In this document: positions 1 to 8,478 of the stretch, in pieces | Numbering within the stretch: position 1 is the first letter of the stretch | Layout: every line of letters starts with the position of its first letter | NCBI GenBank assembly: GCA_963715335.1 | Contig: CAVQRZ010000019.1 | Location: 111,856-175,855 of the forward strand | Reading direction: 5' to 3' | From: an uncultured delta proteobacterium | Lineage (GTDB): Bacteria > Desulfobacterota > Desulfuromonadia > Desulfuromonadales > BM103 | Length of the DNA: 64,000 nt | Translations under genes and position numbers: made by a program | Notes under the pieces: model-generated | Told to the model about the DNA's origin: nothing | The model's database searches: none | What the model saw: only the letters and a program-made list of their open reading frames with translations

Positions 1-65
1 GACGCTGTCTTCGTCACTTTGAGGGCAAACCTGAAAAGTCTCATATGCGACCAGGGCCACTAAAT

Positions 66-98
66 CAAAGGGGAATGGATATGATCCATTCCCCTTTG
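66..98. terminator. Perfect 15-bp hairpin, probable terminator of the minus-strand small gene
   Basis: caaaggggaatggat-atg-atccattcccctttg, an exact inverted repeat. Confidence 0.6.
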
Positions 99-154
99 CG
101 TGACTCCACAGAAAATATTAAATGATTGAGCCGGTCCGTTCCCTGCTAGTTGTT

Positions 155-337
155 CTAAGATTGTTCCGGAAGTACTCTGGCAGCAACCTGTGCTGCCACA
201 ATGATCACGATATAGCCGAGTAACGGCATCAGGAGATAGTCCCCCGCATTGTGCGTCATGCGCGGAAGGGTAAAGCCTGAGAGCCAACTGCTGCAGAAAA
301 ATGCCACACTACCAATAAGGGCCGAGAGCTTGAACAT
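155..337 (-). CDS. Small hypothetical membrane protein (60 aa, two hydrophobic segments)
   Basis: Strong RBS (aaaggag) before ATG, sigma54 motif upstream, hairpin downstream. Confidence 0.6.
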   Translation of the reverse strand: MFKLSALIGSVAFFCSSWLSGFTLPRMTHNAGDYLLMPLLGYIVIIVAAQVAARVLPEQS

Positions 338-396
338 ATTGATCTCCTTTCTCGACGGATTCGGGAACGGACAGCGAAAGCGATATCACCTGTTAA

Positions 397-412
397 TGCA
401 TCAGGCGTGCCA
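397..412 (-). promoter_or_regulatory. sigma54 -24/-12 promoter
   Basis: TGGCACGCCTGATGCA on the minus strand matches TGGCACG-N4-TTGCW spacing. Confidence 0.65.
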
Positions 413-558
413 TTTTTTTACATATAAGGTGTGCGCGTGGATGTGTCTGAAATAATTTGACTTATCAGGCTGTTTTAATGGTCGAGACGATGTTATGTAG
501 GGTAATACGTGGAAAAGAGCAGCTTTTTGTCCGCAGTTTGGTGAAAACACCGAGTTGT

Positions 559-1572
559 TCAGCAGATTCTGGGGAGTTGTTCACCGGCAAGCATTTCAAT
601 GGCTCGCAGTCCGCCGATCGCCGTCTGCAGGCGTACTTTGCCCCTGTTGGCCGATGTCACTTCGCCAATGATTGCGGCGCCTTTCCCGTATTCATGGCGG
701 CGCATAATCTGCAAGGCGTGTTCAGCGGCCTCAGGTGCAACGAAAGCAAGCAACTTGCCTTCGTTGGCCACGAACAGCGGGTCAAGACCGAGTATGGCGC
801 AGGCTCCAGCCACTGCCGGACTAACAGGCAGGGAGTCCTCCCGCAGCGTGATCTCCACTTCTGATTGGATGGCGATTTCCTTCAGCGTCGTGGCAACGCC
901 GCCACGGGTCGGGTCGCGCAGGGTGTGCAGTCGGCTACCCACTGCGAGCACCAGGTCTGCGACCAGGCTGTTGAGCGGTGCGCTGTCCGAGGTGATGTCG
1001 CTCGCCAGCTCCAGACCTTCACGGCTGGCCATGACCGCCATGCCGTGATCGCCGATCGTGCCATTGATCAGGATCTTGTCGCCGATCTGTGCGCTGCGAC
1101 CGGAAATTTCCAGGTCATGTCCCATAACTCCGATACCAGACGTGTTGATAAAGATTTTGTCTGCCTTGCCACGCGGTACGACTTTGGTATCGCCAGTCAT
1201 GATTCTGACTCCGGCATCTTGTGCCGCGGTACGCATATCCTCGAGGATAGTCCGCAGGGTGCACACCGCAAACCCCTCTTCAAGGATCAACCCGACACTT
1301 ATGGCGACCGGTGTCGCGCCGGCCATGGCCAGATCGTTAACCGTGCCATGAATGGCAAGGCCGCCAATGCTGCCGCCAGGGAAAAAGATTGGATCGACCA
1401 CATAAGAGTCGGTCGTAAAGGCAAGTCGCCCCCGCTGCTCAACCAGTACGGCGGCATCGTTCTGGTCGCGCTGACCGATTCCGGAGAGAATCGGCACGAT
1501 CAGATCATCGAGAAGCTCATGGCTGAGCTTGCCGCCACTGCCGTGGCCGAGCAGAATGATATCGGATTTCAT
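559..1572 (-). CDS. hypE: Hydrogenase maturation protein HypE
   Basis: HGSGGK, FTTDSYVVDP, DPTRGG, C-terminal LPRIC. Confidence 0.97.
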   Translation of the reverse strand: MKSDIILLGHGSGGKLSHELLDDLIVPILSGIGQRDQNDAAVLVEQRGRLAFTTDSYVVDPIFFPGGSIGGLAIHGTVNDLAMAGATPVAISVGLILEEGFAVCTLRTILEDMRTAAQDAGVRIMTGDTKVVPRGKADKIFINTSGIGVMGHDLEISGRSAQIGDKILINGTIGDHGMAVMASREGLELASDITSDSAPLNSLVADLVLAVGSRLHTLRDPTRGGVATTLKEIAIQSEVEITLREDSLPVSPAVAGACAILGLDPLFVANEGKLLAFVAPEAAEHALQIMRRHEYGKGAAIIGEVTSANRGKVRLQTAIGGLRAIEMLAGEQLPRIC

Positions 1573-2744
1573 GGTAACTCCGGGGGCTGAGGGTCGGGGA
1601 CTGGGGGCTGGAGGCTGGAGGCTGGCAATGAGCTTTCACCAGTCCCCGGCCCCCAGTCCCCGTATTTGTACTCAGCTGCACAGGTTCCTTCACTCGAAAC
1701 CATGCAGGCGCCAACCGGGGCCTCCGGAGTACAGGTCGTGCGAAACAGCGGACAGTCGACCGGTCGGAGTTTCCCCTTGAGAATTTCGCCGCACATACAT
1801 CCGATCGGTTCAACAGCAGGTTCGACTTCAACCGGCAGAGCACGGTCCGCATCAAAACGAGCATATGCTGCGCGCAGCCGCAGGCCGCTGTCAGGGATGT
1901 CGCCAATTCCTCGCCAGCGTGCGTCACATGGTTCGAACACCCGGTAAAGGAGTTCCCGGGCTTTCTGATTGCCATCAGGTTTAACCACGCGACGATACTG
2001 GGTTTCGACTCGGGCCTCCCCGGCGACGACCTGCCTGGTCAGCATCAGAATGCCCTGCAGGACGTCCAGTGGCTCGAACCCGGTAATCACGCAGGGAACC
2101 CGGAATGCATCGACCAGGGGCTGGTAGGCGTTGGCGCCGATTATTGCGGAGACATGTGCCGGGCAAAGATAGCCGTCAACCTGGAGATCCGGGTCACCGG
2201 CAAGAATCGCCATCGGTGCAGGCATGGTCTTGTGTGAGCAGAGGGTATAAAAATTTTTCAGATTTTTCTTTTCTGCGGTCAGTATCGCCCCGGCGATTGT
2301 CGGCGTCGTGGTTTCGAAGCCGACGCCGAGGAAGACCACGTCGCTGGCAGGATTGTTCTCGGCGAGGATCACGGCGTCAAGGGGTGAATAGACGATTCTG
2401 ATCGTTGCTCCCCGGGCCTGTTCGTGGAGCAGGCTGGTAGATGAGCCGGGAACGCGAACCATGTCACCAAATGTGGCTATGATCGTATTGGCACGCCTGG
2501 CAAGGGCGACGGCCTGGTCGACGTAGCCGACCGAAGTAACGCAGACCGGACAGCCGGGGCCCGAGACCAGCTTGATCTGCTCCGGCAACAGGGAGCGGAT
2601 CCCGTGCTGGTAGATTGCCATGGTATGGGTGCCACAGACTTCCATGAAAGTCATGGCGCGGTCGAACCCGGCGACGGTCTCAGTAATCGCCCGCAATTGC
2701 AAGCGGGCCAGTTCCGGGTCGCGGTACTCGTTATGATGCTTCAT
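1569..2744 (-). CDS. hypD: Hydrogenase maturation protein HypD with a repeat-derived C-terminal extension
   Basis: MEVCGTHT, GPGCPVCV, GFETT, CMVSSEGTCAA. Confidence 0.97.
   Translation of the reverse strand: MKHHNEYRDPELARLQLRAITETVAGFDRAMTFMEVCGTHTMAIYQHGIRSLLPEQIKLVSGPGCPVCVTSVGYVDQAVALARRANTIIATFGDMVRVPGSSTSLLHEQARGATIRIVYSPLDAVILAENNPASDVVFLGVGFETTTPTIAGAILTAEKKNLKNFYTLCSHKTMPAPMAILAGDPDLQVDGYLCPAHVSAIIGANAYQPLVDAFRVPCVITGFEPLDVLQGILMLTRQVVAGEARVETQYRRVVKPDGNQKARELLYRVFEPCDARWRGIGDIPDSGLRLRAAYARFDADRALPVEVEPAVEPIGCMCGEILKGKLRPVDCPLFRTTCTPEAPVGACMVSSEGTCAAEYKYGDWGPGTGESSLPASSLQPPVPDPQPPELP
1582..1661. repeat. Heptamer tandem repeats in two inverted arms (GGGGCTG/GAGGCTG ... CCAGTCC/CCGGCCC)
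   Basis: Read directly; overlaps the hypD 3' end. Confidence 0.8.
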
Positions 2745-2971
2745 TCCGGAAACAGACCCATATCAAGTGCTTCACGCAGGGCCTGCAATGTCAGCCGGGC
2801 TTGCTCTTCATCAATTTTCTCAATGGCAAAGCCGGCGTGGATCAGGACATAGTCGCCAACTTCGACATCATCAATCATCATCAGGCTGGCTTCGCGCTGC
2901 ACGCCATCAATTTCACAGACCGCCATCTCGTTTGCTATGGTCTTGACCTGCATCGGGACACCTAAGCACAT
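2741..2971 (-). CDS. hypC: HypC chaperone
   Basis: MCLGVP, VGDYVLIHAGFAI. Confidence 0.97.
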   Translation of the reverse strand: MCLGVPMQVKTIANEMAVCEIDGVQREASLMMIDDVEVGDYVLIHAGFAIEKIDEEQARLTLQALREALDMGLFPE

Positions 2972-2994
2972 TGGTTTGCTCCTTCGCTACAGCT

Positions 2995-3063
2995 CGTGAA
3001 ACGCGAAGTGCGCGACGCGAGATGCGAAAAAAAAGGCTACCCGCCTTGCGTCTCGCGCTTCCG
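2995..3063. repeat. Heptamer tandem repeat (CGAAACG/CGAAGTG/CGAGATG class) with a partial inverted arm
   Basis: cgtgaaacgcgaagtgcgcgacgcgagatgcgaa ... gcgtctcgcgcttcc at the hypB/hypC junction. Confidence 0.75.
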
Positions 3064-3765
3064 GGTGGTCTCTTGCACCAACCAGTCATACCATTGCTGC
3101 ATGCCTGCGCCGCTATGGCAGGACAACTCCATGATCTCGATCCGCGGGTTGACCTGTCGAGCGGAGGTCTTGCACTGTTCAAGGTCGAATTTCAAGTAAG
3201 GGAGCAAGTCGATCTTGTTGATCAGCATAAGGTCTGCGGCCTGGAACATCTGTGAATACTTGAGAGGTTTGTCCTCCCCTTCGGTTACGGAAAGGACCAC
3301 TACCTTATGGTCTTCACCAAGATCGAACGATGCCGGGCAGACCAAATTGCCAACATTCTCAATCATCAGGATGTCGGTTGCCGCCAGGTCAAAATCGTCG
3401 ACACCGTGACCGATCATGTGCGCGTCGAGGTGACAGCCCGTGCCGGTGTTGATCTGCTTCACCGGTACCCCCGTTGCAGCAATGCGATCGGCATCGTTGG
3501 CGGTCTGCTGGTCGCCCTCGAGAACCGCAAAGTTGAGTTGTCCCTTGAGATCGGTGAGCGTCCGTTCCAGGATCGAAGTTTTGCCTGAGCCCGGCGAGCT
3601 TACAAGGTTCAGTACCAGCAGCCGGTTTGTTAAGAAGAGCTGCCGGTTGCCGGCCGCCAACCGGTTGTTCTTTGCCAGCAGATCTTCCTCGACACGGACC
3701 GTGCGAGGCTCGTGCTTATGTTGATGGGTATGGTCCGTCGAGCTGCAGCCACAGTCGGTGCACAT
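3037..3765 (-). CDS. hypB: Hydrogenase nickel incorporation GTPase HypB
   Basis: MCTDCGC, His-rich stretch, SSPGSGKT, GCHLDA, ENVGNLVCP, NKIDL. Confidence 0.97.
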   Translation of the reverse strand: MCTDCGCSSTDHTHQHKHEPRTVRVEEDLLAKNNRLAAGNRQLFLTNRLLVLNLVSSPGSGKTSILERTLTDLKGQLNFAVLEGDQQTANDADRIAATGVPVKQINTGTGCHLDAHMIGHGVDDFDLAATDILMIENVGNLVCPASFDLGEDHKVVVLSVTEGEDKPLKYSQMFQAADLMLINKIDLLPYLKFDLEQCKTSARQVNPRIEIMELSCHSGAGMQQWYDWLVQETTRKRETQGG

Positions 3766-3767
3766 GA

Positions 3768-4109
3768 TCAGTCAATCTCCATTTCGGTGAATTTCATCTC
3801 TCGCCCCTGCACCGTTTCCAGGGCCAGGCTGCTGCAGTGCGGGCAGACATGGGTCAAGCTTGCGATTTCTGCCGCTTTACCGCAGTCCAGGCATTGCCCC
3901 CTGCCGGTGATGTGGTGAATTTTCAGATCAGCCCCCTCGGCCAGAGTGCCTTTGCTACAGACATCAAAGGCGAACTCGACGGCCTCAGCGACCACACCAG
4001 AGAGAGCGCCGATCTCCAGGGTGATGCTGAGAATCTTTTTGGCGTCTTCGCGCGCGGCGTGTTCGATTGCCAGGTCGACGATGTTTTGTGTGAGGCTGAG
4101 TTCGTGCAA
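3768..4109 (-). CDS. hypA: Nickel chaperone HypA (TTG start)
   Basis: MHELS, CxxC...CPxC, GREM. Confidence 0.95.
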   Translation of the reverse strand: MHELSLTQNIVDLAIEHAAREDAKKILSITLEIGALSGVVAEAVEFAFDVCSKGTLAEGADLKIHHITGRGQCLDCGKAAEIASLTHVCPHCSSLALETVQGREMKFTEMEID

Positions 4110-4366
4110 AGAGTCATGTCCAAAAGTTATACCGCTTAAAAAAGCCGAAACTTATCGATCAATATAATGAAAGGCCAGCGCAAAAAGCAAGGGAACAGCG
4201 AACCGCTGGATCGGAATGAAACAATTTGTCAGGCAAGAGCCTTGCCCAACAATTAAAGTATCTGCTAGATTGCGGAGACGTGACTTGCTAGGGTTTTGTC
4301 GTACGACGCAGAGCTGTTTATTCGCTCAGTGGCGATTTTTCTGAGAGGCTTTCCAGTGAGGGTATC

Positions 4367-4954
4367 ATGAATAAGTTATCTGCCAGTGTTGTTGCCCTTG
4401 TCCTTGTCGTGACCGCGTCTGCCGCCTTGGCTGACAATCTGGACGATGCTTTGGATGCTGCCAACTTTGGTAATTATGAAAAAGCCTATCAGCTCTGGCT
4501 GATTGAGGCCGAAAATGGTAGCGCCATTGCCCAGGCAAACATTGGGCTTCTGTATGCAGACGGTCTGGGTGTCCCCCGCAGCGACAAGGAGGCCGTCAAG
4601 TGGTATCGCATGGCAGCCGAGCAAGCAGAGCCGCGAGCCCAATACTATTTGGGTACGGTCTTTGAGGAGGGCCGTGGTGTGCCGCAGGATTTCAAAGCGG
4701 CGGCCAAAAACTATCGCCTCGCAGCTTTGCAGGGATATGTGAATGCCCAATACAAACTGGGCCTTTTGTATCTCAAGGGCCTGGGGGTCGAGCAAAGCAC
4801 TGAAGAGGCCTATGCCTGGTGGTCCGTGGCCGCCTCAAAGGGTCATGAAGATGCGCAAAAATACAAGGACAGCGCCCAGCAACAGATGACCTCTAAGCAA
4901 ATAGAAACGGCTCAGGAAATAGCTAAGCAGCTTTGGGCGGAACTTGGCAATTAA
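4367..4954 (+). CDS. Secreted Sel1-repeat protein
   Basis: Signal peptide; repeated AQxxLGxxYxxGxGV...AxxWY motifs. Confidence 0.9.
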   Translation: MNKLSASVVALVLVVTASAALADNLDDALDAANFGNYEKAYQLWLIEAENGSAIAQANIGLLYADGLGVPRSDKEAVKWYRMAAEQAEPRAQYYLGTVFEEGRGVPQDFKAAAKNYRLAALQGYVNAQYKLGLLYLKGLGVEQSTEEAYAWWSVAASKGHEDAQKYKDSAQQQMTSKQIETAQEIAKQLWAELGN

Positions 4955-4979
4955 ACCATTGGTATTTCATAAGTTCATC

Positions 4980-5009
4980 AAACCGCACGGGTCTCGAGTG
5001 CGGTTTTTT
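4980..5009 (+). terminator. Intrinsic terminator
   Basis: aaaccgcac...gtgcggttt followed by a T run. Confidence 0.75.
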
Positions 5010-5061
5010 GTTTGAGGTGTGACAATCGGGGGCCTTGGCTTTTTGACGGGCGCAACAGTTT

Positions 5062-5077
5062 CGGCACTGCTGATGCA
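5062..5077 (+). promoter_or_regulatory. sigma54 -24/-12 promoter of the ANTAR regulator
   Basis: CGGCACTGCTGATGCA, GG-N10-GC spacing, 48 nt before the ATG. Confidence 0.6.
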
Positions 5078-5124
5078 TTCTCCTATATGTCAATTCATAC
5101 ACTGAGGATGAGGAGCACTCTGCC

Positions 5125-5688
5125 ATGAAGCGTGCATTGGTTGTTGATGATGAACCTTTTTTGCGGCGCCAGGTCGCCGAAATCGTTGCCGGCTACGGGT
5201 TTGATGAGATTCTTGAAGCTGAAAACGGTGTTCAGGCGGTTGAAATCGCGACTCACCAGGAGATTTTGCTGGTCGTCATGGATGTCGGTATGCCTGTTAT
5301 GGACGGCGTCACCGCTGCTGAAAAAATAGGCAAGATAAAGCCCTTGCCGATCGTTCTGGTGACGGCCAATACGGAATCCGCCACCATCGAACGTGCCCGC
5401 CTGGCGGGAGTCATGAATTACGTGGTCAAGCCGGTTCGCGCCGAACAGTTGTTTGTCGCTGTCGATCTGGCCATCCACCAGTTCGTCGAACTTGCCACGC
5501 TGCGTGATGAGGTCGGCAAGCTGCGGGAGACGCTTGAGGCGAGAAAAATTATCGATCGGGCCAAGGGTGTCCTCATGAAGCGCGGCATGGATGAGCCCCA
5601 GGCCTTCCGGCGCCTGCAGAAGCTTGCCATGGACAAACGCAAATCACTGCGGGAAGTTGCCGAGGCGGTTCTTTTGACAGAAGATTGA
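5125..5688 (+). CDS. REC-ANTAR response regulator (NasT/AmiR/GnfR-like antiterminator)
   Basis: VVDD, D-VGMP, KP receiver motifs; RKIIDRAKGVLM...AFRRLQKLAMD ANTAR domain. Confidence 0.93.
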   Translation: MKRALVVDDEPFLRRQVAEIVAGYGFDEILEAENGVQAVEIATHQEILLVVMDVGMPVMDGVTAAEKIGKIKPLPIVLVTANTESATIERARLAGVMNYVVKPVRAEQLFVAVDLAIHQFVELATLRDEVGKLRETLEARKIIDRAKGVLMKRGMDEPQAFRRLQKLAMDKRKSLREVAEAVLLTED

Positions 5689-5773
5689 CCTGCCGGGTTT
5701 TGTCAGTTTGCGGTAATTCTGCAAGGTAATGCTATACTGGCGAAAACAATCTCAAGCTCGCAACGGAGTCCAT

Positions 5774-5971
5774 ATGCCCGAACCTGTTAATAAAGAATGT
5801 GCCGATCAGAAATCCCATCACCTGCATCTCTGCCAGTTGAAGAAAAAAGGTTTAACGGAAGAGGTTGCTGCCCGAACGAACGATCCCGGATATGTCTGCC
5901 ATAACTGTAATATTACGGCGAATCGAGCAGAAGACCTATGCAATTGTAGCCCTTTTGTAAAGAGAAGCTGA
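5774..5971 (+). CDS. Small His/Cys-rich hypothetical protein (65 aa)
   Basis: ggag RBS before ATG 5774; HLHLC...CHNC...LCNC. Confidence 0.7.
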   Translation: MPEPVNKECADQKSHHLHLCQLKKKGLTEEVAARTNDPGYVCHNCNITANRAEDLCNCSPFVKRS

Positions 5972-6032
5972 CCGGTTTGCTGAATCCGGTTTAAATGTGA
6001 CCATAATCGTTCGCAAATCAAGGGAGTTTTGT

Positions 6033-6142
6033 TTGGCGATCTGGAATTGTGAAAAGTGTGCTACGAAAAGGAAGGGCGTTGCAAACCAAAGAAGTGTCCG
6101 GAATGCAATGACCAGACTGTTTTTGTCAAGCAGGAACAGTAA
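6033..6142 (+). pseudogene. RCKP-type rubredoxin-like mini-protein with a 1-nt deletion (pseudogene or sequence error)
   Basis: agggag RBS and TTG start; adding one G at ~6060 gives MAIWNCEKCGYEKEGRCKPKKCPECNDQTVFVKQEQ*. Confidence 0.75.
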
Positions 6143-6193
6143 GCGAACGAGACCAGGTGCCTGTTGAGCAGGCTGCCATACAGGATAAATAGG

Positions 6194-6223
6194 AAGGGCC
6201 CGCCAATTGATGGCGGGCCTTTT
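6194..6223. terminator. Terminator between convergent genes
   Basis: ggcccgcca-attga-tggcgggcc followed by tttt. Confidence 0.75.
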
Positions 6224-6241
6224 GTTGTTTCCGTGGAAAAG

Positions 6242-6988
6242 TTATTCGATCAACGTTTGCATGACCTGTCCTGCGCTTTCGTTGAAACAGATTGCGGCCA
6301 GGTGGTCATACGGCGTCGCCGCGCGGTTAATGAAGATCAGGCTGGCGCCCGCTTGATGGGCGATCAGGGGGAACTGGTTGGCGGGTTGGACTTCCAGTGA
6401 AGAACCGATCATCAGAAGCAGGTCGCAGCTGGCGGCGGCCTGATAGGCCTGGTCCATGGCTTCGGCGGGCATTGATTGACCGAAGGACACCGTGTCGGGT
6501 TTGATCAGGCCATGGCATTCCTCGCAGTGCGGGTCCAGGTCTCCCGTTTCCAGGCGCTGCTGGATTTCGGTGATTGGCCACTGTCGGCTGCAGGTCAGGC
6601 ATGACGCGGTCAGGTTGGTGCCGTGCAGTTCAATGACGCGTCTGCTGCCTGCTGCCTGCTGCAGGCCATCGATGTTCTGGGTAATTACATAGTCCAGCCT
6701 GCCGTCTGCTTCAAGTTTTGCCAGGGCAAAATGTGCCGGATTCGGCCGCGCGTTGAGCAGACCGGGAATCAGCTCCCGACGCATCGACCAGTACTCGACG
6801 CGATTTTCGTGGCTGGCGAGGAATTCCTGGAAAGTAACGACGCGATAGCGATCCCAAAGACCGCCTTTGGAACGAAAATCTGCCAGGCCGGACTCGGTTG
6901 AGATGCCTGCTCCGCAAAAGGCGACGATCCGGTTTGCCCTGCCCAGCAGGGCTCTGCCCTGGTCAATCTGTTCAGCGAGAGTTCCCAT
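6242..6988 (-). CDS. cobB: NAD-dependent protein deacylase (sirtuin)
   Basis: GAGISTESG-DFR, TQNIDGL, ELHG, CxxC...CxxC, GSSLEVQP. Confidence 0.92.
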   Translation of the reverse strand: MGTLAEQIDQGRALLGRANRIVAFCGAGISTESGLADFRSKGGLWDRYRVVTFQEFLASHENRVEYWSMRRELIPGLLNARPNPAHFALAKLEADGRLDYVITQNIDGLQQAAGSRRVIELHGTNLTASCLTCSRQWPITEIQQRLETGDLDPHCEECHGLIKPDTVSFGQSMPAEAMDQAYQAAASCDLLLMIGSSLEVQPANQFPLIAHQAGASLIFINRAATPYDHLAAICFNESAGQVMQTLIE

Positions 6989-6999
6989 AGTGCCTACGG

Positions 7000-8478
7000 T
7001 CAGCCGATCGCCTGCTGCAGACCGGGAAAATAAGTGATCAACCCATCTGTTTCCTGGATCCGTTTGCCTTGTTCAACCGCCCTTTGTACGGCGGCAGTCA
7101 ATTGCATGTCGCCATAGAGGGCCGCGCCGACGATCTGTCCGTCACGACAGACCAGCCCGCGATAACTGTCGTTCTCCTGGACTTCGAAGAGTCGCGAACT
7201 GGCATCGGTCGGCTGGACCAGGCCGATGCTGAAGAGGTCAACATCGAGCACCTTGATGCGGTTGGTCATCGGTATGCCGGTAAATTCCACGGAGCCACCA
7301 ATCGCATTGGTCCCGGCAACCAGTCCCTGGGCATAGCTGGCCGGCCAGATTCCGTAAACCCGCCCCTGGTGCTCGGTGACGTCGCCTGCGGCAAGGATAT
7401 GCTCGTCGGAGGTGAACAATCGATCATTCACAATGACCCCGTTTTGCACCTTGAGACCACACTCTCTCGCCAGGTAGCTGTTCGGCCTCACGCCGGTGGC
7501 CAGGATGACAATGTCGGCCGGGATTTCACGGCCATCTTCAAGCAGGACGCCGTGCACGGCTTCGTCACCGGTGAATTCCTTGATCTGAATACCGCATTCA
7601 ACAGCCATGTGTTGATTGTGCAGATGGGTCTTGAGCAATGCCGCTGCCTTTGGCGGGAGCTGGCGTGGCAGAAGCCAATTGAACCCTTCCAGAACCGTGA
7701 CGGATGCTCCGCGTTTCCGCAGGGCCCATGCCGTTTCCAGCCCGAGCAGACCACCGCCGACGCAGACCGCACGGCATCCCGGCCGCAGGGAGTCGATCAG
7801 TTTGCGGGCATTTTCAAGTGTCCGCAGCACGGTCACCCCATCACGGCTGGCACCGGGAATCGGAGGGATGAAGGGGTGTGCGCCATTGCTCAGAATCAGC
7901 CTGTCGTACCCCAGCTGCCGGCCGTCGCGTAAAGTTACTTGCCGCAGGTTACGGTCGATTGCCTGGGCATCGCCGGTAAGATATTTGATCTTTAGCGTCT
8001 CGAACCAGTCCTGATGCTGTATCAGCAGCGCGTTTTCTGCAACTTCGCCAGCCAGGAAGCGGGTCAGGTTCAAACGGAAATAGGGGAGGGCCATTTCCCG
8101 GGAGACAAGGGTGATCTCGACGTCGGCGGATTGCCGACGGGCCTCTTCTGCGGCAGTCAACCCGGCGATCCCGGCCCCCAGGATAACCAGGCTGCGGATA
8201 TCTGCCTGAATGGCGGACACTGCCGCTATCGCGTAGGGGTGGAAGAGTGCCGCCGCTGCGCCACATACCGGGCAGAAATTCGGTGCGGTCTCCCCCTCGG
8301 CGATATGGTCGCAGATGCTGCATTGCCATGCTCCAGCCGTCTCTTTTGCGGCGGGCGCCCTTTTGATCACCAGGGGCGAAAAATGGCTTTTGTCTGCGCC
8401 GCAGACCGGACAGGATGATGGTGCCTCAACGCCGTTGTGGACGTAGCCACAGAGGTCACACTTCCAGGTGTTGTTCAT
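7000..8478 (-). CDS. FAD/NAD(P)H oxidoreductase with two N-terminal rubredoxin-like domains
   Basis: WKCDLCGY...CPVCG and WQCSIC...CPVCG; GAGIAG, GGGLLGLE, AAGD. Confidence 0.9.
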   Translation of the reverse strand: MNNTWKCDLCGYVHNGVEAPSSCPVCGADKSHFSPLVIKRAPAAKETAGAWQCSICDHIAEGETAPNFCPVCGAAAALFHPYAIAAVSAIQADIRSLVILGAGIAGLTAAEEARRQSADVEITLVSREMALPYFRLNLTRFLAGEVAENALLIQHQDWFETLKIKYLTGDAQAIDRNLRQVTLRDGRQLGYDRLILSNGAHPFIPPIPGASRDGVTVLRTLENARKLIDSLRPGCRAVCVGGGLLGLETAWALRKRGASVTVLEGFNWLLPRQLPPKAAALLKTHLHNQHMAVECGIQIKEFTGDEAVHGVLLEDGREIPADIVILATGVRPNSYLARECGLKVQNGVIVNDRLFTSDEHILAAGDVTEHQGRVYGIWPASYAQGLVAGTNAIGGSVEFTGIPMTNRIKVLDVDLFSIGLVQPTDASSRLFEVQENDSYRGLVCRDGQIVGAALYGDMQLTAAVQRAVEQGKRIQETDGLITYFPGLQQAIG

